From a bacterium (GTDB lineage: Bacteria; UBA8248), in NCBI GenBank assembly GCA_965221165.1, contig CBDCRP010000002.1:256001-320000 (forward strand): DNA of 64,000 nt, in the 5' to 3' direction. This document shows, piece by piece, positions 43,444 to 53,689 of this stretch; position 1 is the stretch's first letter; every line of letters begins with the position of its first letter. A program made the position numbers and the translations under genes. A model generated the notes under the pieces. It ran no database searches. It saw nothing but the letters and a program-made list of their open reading frames with translations, and was not told where the DNA came from.

Positions 43444-44205
43444 CTATTGCGCGTACTGCCCGCCGTCCACCACCAGGGCCGCGCCCGTCATGAAGCTCGA
43501 TGCGTCGCTGGCCAGAAAGAGAACGGCCCCTTTGAGTTCCTCTGGCCGGCCGGTGCGCCCCATCGGTATGTGGGCCCTGATCATCCTCTCCCCCGCTTCC
43601 GAGGCGAAGAATTTGCTGTTGATGTCGGTCAGGAAATACCCCGGCGCCAGGGCGTTCACCCGCACGCCCGTCCTCGCCCACTCGAGCGCGAGCGTCTTGG
43701 TGAGCTGAATGATTCCCCCTTTGCTCGCCGAATAGGCGGAGAGCATCTTCACCCCGATGAAACCGGCGACCGAAGCCACGTTCACGATCGCGCCGCCGCC
43801 GCGCTCGATCATCCCCGGCGCCACGGCCTGACACATCAGAAACGTGCCCCGCAGGTTCGTCTCCAGCACCTGGTTCCACCGCTCGAGCGGCAGATCGGTG
43901 GCCCAGCCCTCGCCGCTGACGCCGCTGTTGTTCACCAGAACGTCGATGGGCCCCAGCGAAGCTTCCGCCTCGCGCGCCGCCTCGCGGATGGAATCGGGAT
44001 TCGTCAAATCGCAACCGACGGCGTGGGCCGTGCGGCCCAGGGCGCGAATCTCCTCCGCCGCCTCGTCGAGCTTCTCTTTTCGTCTCGCCGCCAGGGCGAC
44101 GTCGGCTCCCGCCTCGGCCAGGGCATGGGCCATCGCGCGGCCGAGACCCGTGCCGCCTCCTGTTACCAAAGCTCTCTTTCCCCTTAAATCAAATAGTTGT
44201 GGCAA
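43444..44205 (-). CDS. SDR family oxidoreductase (gluconate 5-dehydrogenase/KduD-like)
   Basis: LFDLRGKRALVTGGGTGLG, YSASKGG, VNALAPGYF; likely TTG start. Confidence 0.9.
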   Translation of the reverse strand: MPQLFDLRGKRALVTGGGTGLGRAMAHALAEAGADVALAARRKEKLDEAAEEIRALGRTAHAVGCDLTNPDSIREAAREAEASLGPIDVLVNNSGVSGEGWATDLPLERWNQVLETNLRGTFLMCQAVAPGMIERGGGAIVNVASVAGFIGVKMLSAYSASKGGIIQLTKTLALEWARTGVRVNALAPGYFLTDINSKFFASEAGERMIRAHIPMGRTGRPEELKGAVLFLASDASSFMTGAALVVDGGQYAQ

Positions 44206-44240
44206 TTCACTTTCCCCTGAATGTAAAGTTTCCGTAAAGT

Positions 44241-44446
44241 TTGCCCACAGAATTCGTGAATAAGTTGTGGATAAGTCTGTGACGAGGGCCTCTAAACCCC
44301 CTATTTTCATTCACTTAAAGCATTTTGACACTTTCTTGAGCAAACATTACAACTCTTTTAATATCAATAATATACACTAAATTTTCGCCCCACGAGGCCT
44401 TGTATTTTCGCCTTAATCATTGTTTTTGCGCAAGTTCTGTGGACAA
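44241..44446. promoter_or_regulatory. DnaA-box cluster in AT-rich intergenic DNA (candidate oriC or DnaA-binding locus)
   Basis: Perfect TGTGGATAA 44266-44274; near-matches TTGCCCACA 44241-44249, CGTGAATAA 44255-44263, TGTGGACAA 44438-44446. Confidence 0.55.
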
Positions 44447-44482
44447 ATCCCCGCTTCCCACCCCGTCGAGCCTTTAGAATTT

Positions 44483-45079
44483 TTATTTTGAGTCATCATC
44501 CTCACCAAAAATCCCCGCCGATCGCGCCTCGTAAAACAACAAGCAAGTCGCGCCGTAGCGCCTCTCCCGCACGAGTCTCGCCTCGCCCGCCTCGCTGCTT
44601 TTTTCCGCAGCGCCTCGGGGGGCCTCCATCACCAACTCTGCGCATATCGGCTCAGGCGTGAAGACGGCCTCGAGCAACTCCAGGCGCAGCGCCTCATCCC
44701 GCCAGGGCGGATCGGCGAAGGCAAAGTCTATCGCGTGTGCGGAGTCCGCCCGCATTCGCCTGACCTCTGAAATCACGTCCGCGCAGCGCACCTCGAAGCC
44801 CCCGGCCAGGCCGAGGGTTTCGGCGTTTCGCCGCATGGCATCGCATAGGCGCGGGTTTCTCTCCACGGCGACGACGCGCGCAGCGCCGCGGCTGAGCGCC
44901 TCAAGCGATATCGCGCCCGAACCTGCGCACAAATCGAGCACGCACTCGCCATCCAGCACCGGCCCCCAGATGTTGAACAGCGCCTCGCGCACCCGCTCGC
45001 CCGTGGGCCGCACATCGGCCTCTTTGGGCGATGGAATCCGCCGGCTCCGCGCCGCGCCGCCGATGATCCTGAGCGACAT
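44483..45079 (-). CDS. rsmD: 16S rRNA m2G966 methyltransferase
   Basis: LRIIGG, RPTGERVREALFN, LDLCAGSGAISLEALSRGA, DPPW. Confidence 0.93.
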   Translation of the reverse strand: MSLRIIGGAARSRRIPSPKEADVRPTGERVREALFNIWGPVLDGECVLDLCAGSGAISLEALSRGAARVVAVERNPRLCDAMRRNAETLGLAGGFEVRCADVISEVRRMRADSAHAIDFAFADPPWRDEALRLELLEAVFTPEPICAELVMEAPRGAAEKSSEAGEARLVRERRYGATCLLFYEARSAGIFGEDDDSK

Positions 45080-45086
45080 CAGTGTC

Positions 45087-45995
45087 TCAGAGACGCTCGA
45101 AGTGGGCCAGTTCGCCAAAGGCCCGGTAGCGCGCGTCGATCTCCTCGCTCGAGAGCGCGCGCATGCGATCATAGCTGAACGATTCCACGTTGAACGAGGC
45201 CATGACGCTGCCGAATACGACCGCCTTGCGCATCCCCGTCTCGCTCAGGTCGCCCGTGGCGGCGAGATGGCCCATGAAGCCGCCGGCGAAGCTGTCGCCC
45301 GCACCCGTGGGGTCGCAGACGTCCTCAATCGGAAGCCCCGGGGCGGAGAACACCCCGTCCTCATGAAAGAGCAGCGCGCCGTACTCGCCTTGTTTCACCA
45401 CCAGGGTTTTGGGACCTATCTCCCGAACCCGGCGCGCGGCGCGCGCGATGTTCGCCTCCCCCGAGAGTGCGCGCGCCTCCGCGTCGTTGATGACGACCAG
45501 ATCGACCATCGAGAGGGTATTTAGCAAAGCCTCGCGCCTGCCCTCTATCCAGAAGTTCATGGTGTCGCACGCCACGAGCCTGGGCGAGTTCGCCTGTGAG
45601 ACGACGGCGGCCTGAAGCCCAGGGTCGATGTTCGCCAGAAACACGAATTCCGTATCGCGAAAAGCATCCGGCAGCCTGGGCGAGAAACTCTCGAAGACGT
45701 TGAGCTGCGTGTCGAGCGTGTGTGCGGTGTTCAAGTCGAAGCCGTATTCCCCCTTCCAGCGGAACGTCTTTCCTTCGCTTCGCTCGATTCCCGAGACGTC
45801 GATTTTCCGCTCTTTCAGAAACGCGAGCGTATCTTCGGGAAAATCCGCCCCCACGACGGCCACGAGCCGCACGTCCGTGAAATAGCTCGCCGCCACCGAA
45901 AAATAGGTGGCCGAACCCCCCACCGCCTCCTCCCGCTCGCCGAAGGGCGTCTTCACCGAATCAATCGCCATGGAACCGACCACCAGAAGACTCAT
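45087..45995 (-). CDS. PfkB family carbohydrate/nucleoside kinase
   Basis: GGSATY, DTMNFWI, DPTGAGDSFAGG. Confidence 0.92.
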   Translation of the reverse strand: MSLLVVGSMAIDSVKTPFGEREEAVGGSATYFSVAASYFTDVRLVAVVGADFPEDTLAFLKERKIDVSGIERSEGKTFRWKGEYGFDLNTAHTLDTQLNVFESFSPRLPDAFRDTEFVFLANIDPGLQAAVVSQANSPRLVACDTMNFWIEGRREALLNTLSMVDLVVINDAEARALSGEANIARAARRVREIGPKTLVVKQGEYGALLFHEDGVFSAPGLPIEDVCDPTGAGDSFAGGFMGHLAATGDLSETGMRKAVVFGSVMASFNVESFSYDRMRALSSEEIDARYRAFGELAHFERL

Positions 45996-46328
45996 CTTTC
46001 CCCCATCATAAAATTTTCATAAGACGCATACGTTGTTTGCCACTATCTGGCCGGAGAGCGTGTGACTCATCGACGCCGCGTAGCGCGCTGCCTTTTCGGC
46101 TCGGCAACGCCTCCCTTACCCGAGTAGACCACGCCGGAGGGGCGCGTCCGTTTCCATCTCGTTCTCCAGGAGGCCAACTCTAACTTCAAAGCGCGCGCGT
46201 TTCAAAGGGGATACCCATTTCGGGGCGAAATATGTTTTAATGGCTCCAAAGCCGCGAGAAGAGACGGAAAACGCTTCCGGGAGAAGCGTGCGTTGGTTTC
46301 TTCCGTTCACGAGCAAAGGCAAAGCCTC

Positions 46329-47426
46329 ATGGACGCGAAACACCCCCTCGCCACGCGCGGGGAATTGGCGAATCTCGATTTCTTCACCAATCTGGCCGAC
46401 CGCTACCTCGCCGTAGACGGCCTGGAGGCGCGCTGGGTGTCTTTCTCGAAAAAAGAGATTCTCCCCGACAGAAAAACGGCCCAAAAGATGCACTATCTCG
46501 TCTGCCTGGCGCGCGCGGTCGAGGAGACGCTCGATTCCGCCTTCCGCTCAGGCCACATCCCCGGCACCGCCTTTTTCGGCAGGGGAAACGAGGGCGCGAG
46601 CGTCGCGAGCGCGATGTGTCTCGAAGATCACGAATGGCTCGTGCCCATGCACAGAAACTGCGGCGCGCACCTCGCCAAGGGCCATCCGCCCAGGAGCATC
46701 ATGTCGCATTTCTTCGGACGCGCCGACGGCCCCTCGGGCGGGCGCGACGGGAATTTTCACATGGGCTACCGGCCCAAGCGGATCACCCAGCTCATCAGCC
46801 ACATCGGCACCATGGTGCCCATCGCCACCGGCGTGGCATGGGCGGCCAAGGCGCGCGGCAAGGGCGAGGCCACCATCAACTATATCGGGGACGGCGGTAC
46901 GAGTTCGGGCGATTTCCACGAGGCGGTGAACTTCGCCGCCGTGAGAAAGCTCCCCCTCGTCATCGTCATCGACAACAACCAGTACGCATTCAAGACGCTT
47001 TTGAGCGATCAGTACGCATGCGACGCCCTGGTGCTCAAGGCGCCCGGCTACGGCATCCCGGGCTTTCTCATCGACGGCACGAACGCGCCCCTGGTGCATC
47101 ACGTGTGCTCAGAGGCGCTCGCGCGCGCAAGGGCGGGCGGCGGCCCCACCCTCATCGAGAGCATCACGCTGCGCGCCGCCGGCCATTCGGTGTACGATAA
47201 ATTTTCCGACTACGTGGACATGGAACACTTCGAGAAATGGACCAGCGAGCGCGACCCCATCAAGCGGCTCGATGAGGCGCTCATCGAGTTCGGCGTCATG
47301 ACGGCGGAAGAAGTCGACGCCTCGCACGAGAAAGCGAAACGAGACGCGGAAGACGCGCGCGATGAGGCGCTTAAAAGCCCGATGCCGGACCCCGCGGGCT
47401 TGACCCAAGGAGTGTTCGCCGAATGA
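46329..47426 (+). CDS. 2-oxoacid dehydrogenase E1 alpha (TPP-dependent)
   Basis: GDGGTSSGDFHEAVNFA...DNNQY TPP motif; GPTLIE..R..GHS. Confidence 0.92.
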   Translation: MDAKHPLATRGELANLDFFTNLADRYLAVDGLEARWVSFSKKEILPDRKTAQKMHYLVCLARAVEETLDSAFRSGHIPGTAFFGRGNEGASVASAMCLEDHEWLVPMHRNCGAHLAKGHPPRSIMSHFFGRADGPSGGRDGNFHMGYRPKRITQLISHIGTMVPIATGVAWAAKARGKGEATINYIGDGGTSSGDFHEAVNFAAVRKLPLVIVIDNNQYAFKTLLSDQYACDALVLKAPGYGIPGFLIDGTNAPLVHHVCSEALARARAGGGPTLIESITLRAAGHSVYDKFSDYVDMEHFEKWTSERDPIKRLDEALIEFGVMTAEEVDASHEKAKRDAEDARDEALKSPMPDPAGLTQGVFAE

Positions 47427-48415
47427 TCACCTACCGCGAAGCGCTGAGCGCCGCCCTCTGGGAGGAGATGGAGCGCGATGAGGACGTGTTTCTCTTAGGA
47501 GAGGACATCGGCCTGGGCGGCGGGGCTTTTTACATCACCAAGGGGTTCATGGAGAAATTCGGGCGCGACCGCGTGGTGGACGTCCCCTTGAGCGAGGCGG
47601 GCTTCACGGGGGCCGCAATCGGCGCCGCGCTTTGCGGAATGCGGCCCGTGGTGGAGTTTCAGTTCGCCGATTTCGTCACCGAATCCTACAAGATGATCGT
47701 GGATTACGCAGCCGGAAACCATTACCGGCAGATGGGGCCCGTGCCCATCGTCCTGCGCCTGCCGGCCGCCGCCCTCGTGAGCGCGGGGCCGTTTCACAGC
47801 CAGAACCCCGAAATCTGGTTTTTCGGAACGCCGGGCCTCAAGATAGTCGCGCCCACGACCGCCCACGACGCCAAGGGGATGCTCAAGGAAGCGATTCGAG
47901 ACCCCAACCCCGTCATCTTCATGGAATACAAAAAGTTCTATAACTACCCGGTGGATGAATTGCCCGAAGTCTTGAGGCCCGAGATTCCAGAGGGTGATTA
48001 CACCGTGCCCTTCGGCGAGGCGAAAGCCCTGCGCGAGGGGGATGACGTATCGCTCATCACCTTCGGCACCACCGTGCTCGAAGCGCTGGAAGCGGCGGAA
48101 GTGCTCGAGGCCGATGGGGTATCGGTCGAGGTCATCGACTTGAGGACCCTGGTTCCACTCGATAAAGAAGCGATAATCGAAAGCGCCAAGAAAACGGGGA
48201 AAATCCTCTTCCTGCACGAGGCGAGAAAACGAGGGGGCGTGGGAGGCGAGTTGGCCGCCATCGTGGCGGAGGAGGTCTTTGAATATCTCGACGCCCCCAT
48301 CCGCCGCATGGGCGCGCCGGAGGCCCACGTGCCGCTCAGTCCTCCGCTCGAGCGCGCCTACCTGCCCAGCACGGAGAAGGTGGTGAACGAGTTACGCGAT
48401 CTCGCCGCGTTCTAG
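47423..48415 (+). CDS. 2-oxoacid dehydrogenase E1 beta
   Basis: GEDIG, DVPLSE, EFQFADF, HSQ, IDLRTLVPLD, YLDAPI. Confidence 0.94.
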   Translation: MITYREALSAALWEEMERDEDVFLLGEDIGLGGGAFYITKGFMEKFGRDRVVDVPLSEAGFTGAAIGAALCGMRPVVEFQFADFVTESYKMIVDYAAGNHYRQMGPVPIVLRLPAAALVSAGPFHSQNPEIWFFGTPGLKIVAPTTAHDAKGMLKEAIRDPNPVIFMEYKKFYNYPVDELPEVLRPEIPEGDYTVPFGEAKALREGDDVSLITFGTTVLEALEAAEVLEADGVSVEVIDLRTLVPLDKEAIIESAKKTGKILFLHEARKRGGVGGELAAIVAEEVFEYLDAPIRRMGAPEAHVPLSPPLERAYLPSTEKVVNELRDLAAF

Positions 48416-48498
48416 CCCCCCGCCTCATCTGGCGCATTTCCGAATTTTCGAGTAAAACAAATTTTCGATTGCATCCACCAAAGCCGAGGGAATCTGAC

Positions 48499-49773
48499 AT
48501 GTACACCGCGCGCATCAGAATGCCCCGCATGGGAACCAGCGTGCACGAGAGCACGGTGGTGGACTGGAAGAAGGCGGTGGGCGACACGGTGTCGAAGGGC
48601 GAGGTGCTGCTTTCGGCGGAGAGCGACAAGGTGGAGTTCGAGGTCGAAGCCCCCGCCGACGGCGTGATAACGGAAATCCTGGCGCGAGCCGAAGAAACGG
48701 TGCCCGTGGGCGAGGTGCTCGCGACCATGGAGACCGAAACCGAGGTTTCAGACGAAACGCCCGAACCAGATGCGAGTTCCAGCGATTGGGCCGCCCCGGT
48801 CGCTCCCTTACAGCCGAGGGAGAAGCCCGTCATTCCGGCGGTTCAGGCGCGAAAAGCGCCGCCCCCTTCGGGTGACAAGAAAACGTGGCTCTCCCCGCGC
48901 GTTCAAAGCCTCGCCGCCGCGCACGGCATTGATCTCGGCGTAATCTCAGGGATAGAGGGCACGGGAGCGGGCGGACGCGTCCGCGCGCGCGACGTGGAGG
49001 CCTTCATCGCGGGCGGCGGCATACCGCCCAGAATCGATATGTCGGCGGAGCCGCTGAGTGCGAATCGCGATGAGCGCACAGAACCCCTCAGCAGAATCAG
49101 GAAGCGGATCGCCGAAAACCTCACCCGCTCCGTGCGCGAGATTCCCCAGGTCACCAGTTGGCTCGATGTGGACATGGGCGGGGTGTCGGCCTTTCGGGAC
49201 GCGAACAAGCAGGCGTTTTACGAGAAACACGGCTGCCGCCTCACCTACACGCCCTTTTTCATCATGGCCATCGTCCACGCGCTCAGAAACGCGGATAACG
49301 AGCGCTTCAACGCCACTTATCATAACGACGCCCTCACCATCAAACGCTTCGTGAACCTGGGGGTCGCCGTGGACTCCCCGGGCGGTCTCGTGGTTCCCGC
49401 CCTCAAATCGGCGGATTCGATGAATATGGTGGAACTCTCCGCCCGGCTCGAGGATCTGGCGGCCCGTGCGCGGGAGGGGGCGCTTGCGCCCGACGACGCG
49501 CGGGGCGGGACGCTCACGCTCACCAATTTCGGCGCCTCGGGCGCCCTGGGCGGCAACCCCATCATCAACCCCCCCGAGGTGGCCATCATCGGCACGGGCG
49601 CTATCGTACCTCGCCCCGTGGCGCTCGCAAGCGGCGGAGTCTCGGTGCGGCCCATCATGACACTGGCAATCACCTTCGATCACCGCGTGAACGACGGCAT
49701 GGCGGCGGGCAGGTTTGTTTCCGACGTCCGCGAGGCGCTCGAGAACATGAATTTTTCCCTATTGGAGTATTAG
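48499..49773 (+). CDS. Dihydrolipoamide acyltransferase E2
   Basis: Lipoyl ESDKV; E3-binding GTGAGGRV; PIINPPE; DHRVNDG. Confidence 0.93.
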   Translation: MYTARIRMPRMGTSVHESTVVDWKKAVGDTVSKGEVLLSAESDKVEFEVEAPADGVITEILARAEETVPVGEVLATMETETEVSDETPEPDASSSDWAAPVAPLQPREKPVIPAVQARKAPPPSGDKKTWLSPRVQSLAAAHGIDLGVISGIEGTGAGGRVRARDVEAFIAGGGIPPRIDMSAEPLSANRDERTEPLSRIRKRIAENLTRSVREIPQVTSWLDVDMGGVSAFRDANKQAFYEKHGCRLTYTPFFIMAIVHALRNADNERFNATYHNDALTIKRFVNLGVAVDSPGGLVVPALKSADSMNMVELSARLEDLAARAREGALAPDDARGGTLTLTNFGASGALGGNPIINPPEVAIIGTGAIVPRPVALASGGVSVRPIMTLAITFDHRVNDGMAAGRFVSDVREALENMNFSLLEY

Positions 49774-49845
49774 GAACCCCGTAGCCGGACTCACGTTCCT
49801 TTGCGTCCGGCGAGCGGCCAAGACGACAAGGAGTATGAAAATCCC

Positions 49846-50760
49846 ATGGCCAGACCAGACATCGACACCCTCTTGCGCTCCATGCTCTTCATCCCCGGAT
49901 CGAGCGAGAAGATGGTGGGCAAAGGGCCCACCATCGAGGCGGACGCCGCCCTGTTCGATCTGGAAGATTCCGTCGCCCCCCAGATGAAGGAAGAGGCGCG
50001 AAAACTCGTGCGCGCAGGCATCGCGGAGACGAAGGACGCCCCGAACGGCCCCTCCACCATTCTGGTGCGCGTGAACGACGTGGAATCAGGACATCTCGAA
50101 GAAGATGTCGACGCCATCGTGGCGGAAGGGCTCGACGGCATCTTTCTTCCAAAACCCGAGGGCGCTGCGGACGTGCGGACAGCGGACGCGCTTTTGGCGA
50201 AATACGAGCGTGAGCGCGGATTGACCGAAGGCGGGGTCGGCATCATCGCTCAGATCGAGAGCGCCTCGGGCGTGGTGCATTGCTACGACATTTGCAAGGC
50301 GGCCGACCGCGTCGTGGGCGTGAACCTGGGCAGCGCGGAGGATGCGGATTTATGCCGCAGCCTGGGCGCGACGTGGACCGAAGACGGCACGACGATCCTC
50401 TACACGCGCAGCAAGGTGCTCGTCGAGGCGCGCGCCGCGCGTCTGCCCCACCCCACCGACGGCGTCTACATGCGGCTGCAAGATGACGCGGGCTGCAGGG
50501 CGGATGCGGAGTTCGCCAAAAAGCTCGGCTACACCGGCAAGGCGGCCATCCACCCGAGACAGGTGCCGATCTTCAACGACGTCTACTCGCCGAGCGAAGA
50601 AGAGGTCGCCTATTACACCGAGATGGCCGAAGCCTACCGCGAAGGCGAGGCAAAAGGCCTTGGAGCGGTCTCCTTCAAGGGGAAGATGATCGACATCGCC
50701 ATGGTCAAGCACGCGGACAACGTACTCGCGCGCGCCCGCGCCATCGCCGAAAGAGCATAG
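49846..50760 (+). CDS. CitE/HpcH family CoA-ester lyase
   Basis: RSMLFIPG, DLEDSV, VRVN, GKAAIHPRQV, GKMID. Confidence 0.9.
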   Translation: MARPDIDTLLRSMLFIPGSSEKMVGKGPTIEADAALFDLEDSVAPQMKEEARKLVRAGIAETKDAPNGPSTILVRVNDVESGHLEEDVDAIVAEGLDGIFLPKPEGAADVRTADALLAKYERERGLTEGGVGIIAQIESASGVVHCYDICKAADRVVGVNLGSAEDADLCRSLGATWTEDGTTILYTRSKVLVEARAARLPHPTDGVYMRLQDDAGCRADAEFAKKLGYTGKAAIHPRQVPIFNDVYSPSEEEVAYYTEMAEAYREGEAKGLGAVSFKGKMIDIAMVKHADNVLARARAIAERA

Positions 50761-50769
50761 GCTCAGCGC

Positions 50770-51795
50770 ATGGCGGACGCGACAGACCCCATCGAGCATT
50801 TTTTCGCACAACCCTGGTCCGACGGCCTGCCCGTCGTGGTGCCGACCGAAGAGCGCCTGGCCGACATGCTCGGGAATCACGCGCCCGATGCGCTCATCGG
50901 CCACGTGCCGCCCGCAAACCACCCGGCCACCGTGGAGACGGTCGCTCTCCACGCCGTCATGGCGGGTTGTAAGCCGGAATACCTGCCCGCGCTCCTGTGC
51001 GCGCTCTCCTGCATTCTGGACGCGCGCTTCAACATGAACGGCATTCAGGCCACGATGAACCCCGCCGGCCCCCTCATCGTCATGAACGGCCCCAATGCGC
51101 GCGAAATCGGCGTGCACGGCGGCACGGGCTGCCTGGGACCCGGCTTTCGGGCCAACGCGACCATCGGGCGCGCGCTCAGGCTCATGCTCCTGAACCTGGG
51201 CGGGGGGATTCCCGGCGTGGTGGACATGAGCACGTTCGGCAGCCCCAGCAAGTTCACCTACTGCCTGCGCGAGAACGAGGAAATAAGCCCCTGGCCCTCA
51301 CTGGCGGAGGAGCGCGGGTTCGCGAAAGGGGAAAACGTCGTCACCGCCTGCGCGGGGGAAGGCCCGCGCGTGGCTCTCGATGATTCGAGCGATCACGCCG
51401 ACGGCGTACTCACCACGATCGCGAGCACCATCTCCACCATGGGCACACGCCACGCCTACTCGCCCGTGGGCGTCACGGTGATCATGGGCCCCGAGCACGC
51501 GCAGCTTCTGGCGGACAAGGGCTTCAGCCGAGAGGACGCCAAGCGCGGATTACAGGAACGCGCCCATCTGCCCGTGGGACTCTTGAAACGCGGCGGACGC
51601 TACAGGGGAAAAGAGAAAAGCGAATGGCCCGACTGGGTGGATCACGACGATGATGAGTGCATGACGCCCATGATCAGGGAGCCGGCGGCCGTCACCCTCC
51701 TCGTGGCGGGCGGCCTGCCCGGGCCCTCTTCTTTCATCATTCCGGGATGGAACAACACCAGCCGGCCCGTGTCAAAATCCTTCGTGGTGGAGTAG
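50770..51795 (+). CDS. Conserved hypothetical protein (WSDGLP..PT family, recalled as often linked to UGSC-type redox proteins)
   Basis: WSDGLPVVVPT, AVMAGCKPEY, RANATIGRALRL, ENEE.SPW. Confidence 0.7.
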   Translation: MADATDPIEHFFAQPWSDGLPVVVPTEERLADMLGNHAPDALIGHVPPANHPATVETVALHAVMAGCKPEYLPALLCALSCILDARFNMNGIQATMNPAGPLIVMNGPNAREIGVHGGTGCLGPGFRANATIGRALRLMLLNLGGGIPGVVDMSTFGSPSKFTYCLRENEEISPWPSLAEERGFAKGENVVTACAGEGPRVALDDSSDHADGVLTTIASTISTMGTRHAYSPVGVTVIMGPEHAQLLADKGFSREDAKRGLQERAHLPVGLLKRGGRYRGKEKSEWPDWVDHDDDECMTPMIREPAAVTLLVAGGLPGPSSFIIPGWNNTSRPVSKSFVVE

Positions 51796-51912
51796 CTCTA
51801 TCGCATAGAACCGGGCGTCGACAGGGGAGCCTATATACACCCCGCGCGCGAGCCGTGGGCGAATTTTTCGCCGCGCATCGGCGGGACGGCCCACGAACCA
51901 GCGCATAAACCC

Positions 51913-53445
51913 CTAGCACCCGTAGGCTTTGTCTTCCTGTGCGGAGAGGCGCTTCCAGGCTATCGCCAGTTCCACGAGAATCCGCACGCCCACGCCGGTG
52001 CCGCCCTCGGGCCGGTAGGCTTCGTCTTTTGATGCGTGCGAGGGGCCGGCGATGTCGAGGTGCACCCAGGGCGTCTCGTCGGCGAAGTGCTGCAAGAACG
52101 CGGCGGCGGTGTTCGCTCCCCCCCAGCGCGTGCCCGAGATGTTGCACATATCGGCGATTTTGCCCTTCATCGCCTCGCCGTATTCCGGGAACAGCGGCAT
52201 GTGCCAGACGCGATCGCCCGTGCGCTCGCCGAGGTCCCGCACGCGGCCCAGGAGTTCGTCGTGCGTCCCGTACATGCCGGTGACCTTCTGGCCAAGCGCC
52301 ACCATGCAGGCGCCCGTGAGCGTGGCCAGGTCGATCATGCACTGGGGGTCGTATTTCTCGCGCGTGTAATGAAGAGCGTCGGCGAGGACGAGCCTGCCCT
52401 CGGCGTCGGTGTTGTGGATTTCCACCGTCGTTCCCTTCATGGAGCGAACGATATCGCCGGGCCGCGTGGCGTCGCCGTCCACCATGTTCTCAGCCAGTCC
52501 CGCCACGCCGATCACGGGCACCCGGGGCTTTGAGCGGGCGACGGCCAGCATCGCGCCCAGCACGGCGGCCGCCCCGCTCATGTCGGTCGTCATGAGTTCG
52601 AGACCACCGCTCGGCTTGATGGATATGCCCCCGGTATCGAACGTCACCCCCTTGCCGACGAAGGCGATGGGTTTCTGGCTCCTGGCGCCTTGGGGCCTAT
52701 ACTCCAGAATGACCAGGCGGGGAGGCTCGCTGCTGCCCTGGCCCACCGAGAGAAGCGCGCCCATCTTTTGTCTCGCCATCTGCTTCTCATCCAGCACCCG
52801 GCACCTCAAGCCCTCGCGCCGCGCCATCGCGCGCGCTATGTCGGCCAGCGCGGGCGGGCGCTTCTCGTTGCTGGGCGTGTTGATGAGGTCGCGGGCGTAG
52901 TTCGTCCCCTCGGAGAGAATCCGTCCACGCCGCACCCCGCGCCGCATGGCGCTCAGGTTCTTGCGCGCGCCCCCGCAGAGAACGGCGCTCGAAACGCCGT
53001 CCTTCTCATCCTCATCTGCAGTCTTGTATTTATCCATCCGGTAGAGAGCAAGCGCCACGCCCTCCACGATCGCCTGGGCCGCATCGCGCGCGCCCAAGCC
53101 CTCTCCCACAAGGGAGGAGGCCGAAACCGCCATCGACCCCATCCCCTCGGCGCGGGCGCGCTTGGCCGCCAGAGCGCAGGCGCAGCGAACCGATTCGGGC
53201 GATACCTCCTCCCCCAGCCCTGCGAGAATCACGAACTTAGGTACTGCGCTTCCTTCGGGCACGGGCAGAAAGGAGATTTGCCCCTCCTTCCCCTCGAAAA
53301 CCTTGCGCGCGCGCAAAGAGGCCAGGGCGTCGCCCAGGATTTTTTCGAGCTGCTCGTTTTTCTCATCTTTCGCCATGAGACAAACCAGGGCGTCCGTCCC
53401 CTGGTCGAAGCCCTCACCGCCGACAACGGAGAACCGCATAGCCAT
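51913..53445 (-). CDS. pepA: Leucyl aminopeptidase (M17)
   Basis: VGKGVTFDTGG, DMSGAA, NTDAEGRLVLAD, ATLTGA, HLDIAG. Confidence 0.95.
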   Translation of the reverse strand: MAMRFSVVGGEGFDQGTDALVCLMAKDEKNEQLEKILGDALASLRARKVFEGKEGQISFLPVPEGSAVPKFVILAGLGEEVSPESVRCACALAAKRARAEGMGSMAVSASSLVGEGLGARDAAQAIVEGVALALYRMDKYKTADEDEKDGVSSAVLCGGARKNLSAMRRGVRRGRILSEGTNYARDLINTPSNEKRPPALADIARAMARREGLRCRVLDEKQMARQKMGALLSVGQGSSEPPRLVILEYRPQGARSQKPIAFVGKGVTFDTGGISIKPSGGLELMTTDMSGAAAVLGAMLAVARSKPRVPVIGVAGLAENMVDGDATRPGDIVRSMKGTTVEIHNTDAEGRLVLADALHYTREKYDPQCMIDLATLTGACMVALGQKVTGMYGTHDELLGRVRDLGERTGDRVWHMPLFPEYGEAMKGKIADMCNISGTRWGGANTAAAFLQHFADETPWVHLDIAGPSHASKDEAYRPEGGTGVGVRILVELAIAWKRLSAQEDKAYGC

Positions 53446-53689
53446 CTCCTCTTGAAAAACACCACATCAAACGAAGAAAAATAAATTTTTCCGAAGTGTA
53501 TCCCAGCGCGGCGCGCACGGCCAGACGTACAGAGGCCCCACCGCCCTTTTCTCACACGAGATGGGCGCACGGATTGTCTTGTCCCGTCCCCTGCCCCTAC
53601 AATGCCCGGGCATCGTTCGCAGGAAACGCGCGGGCGAGCGCATCAGGGCTTTTCACGACAAATTTTCCCTCTCATACGAAGGAGGCGCA

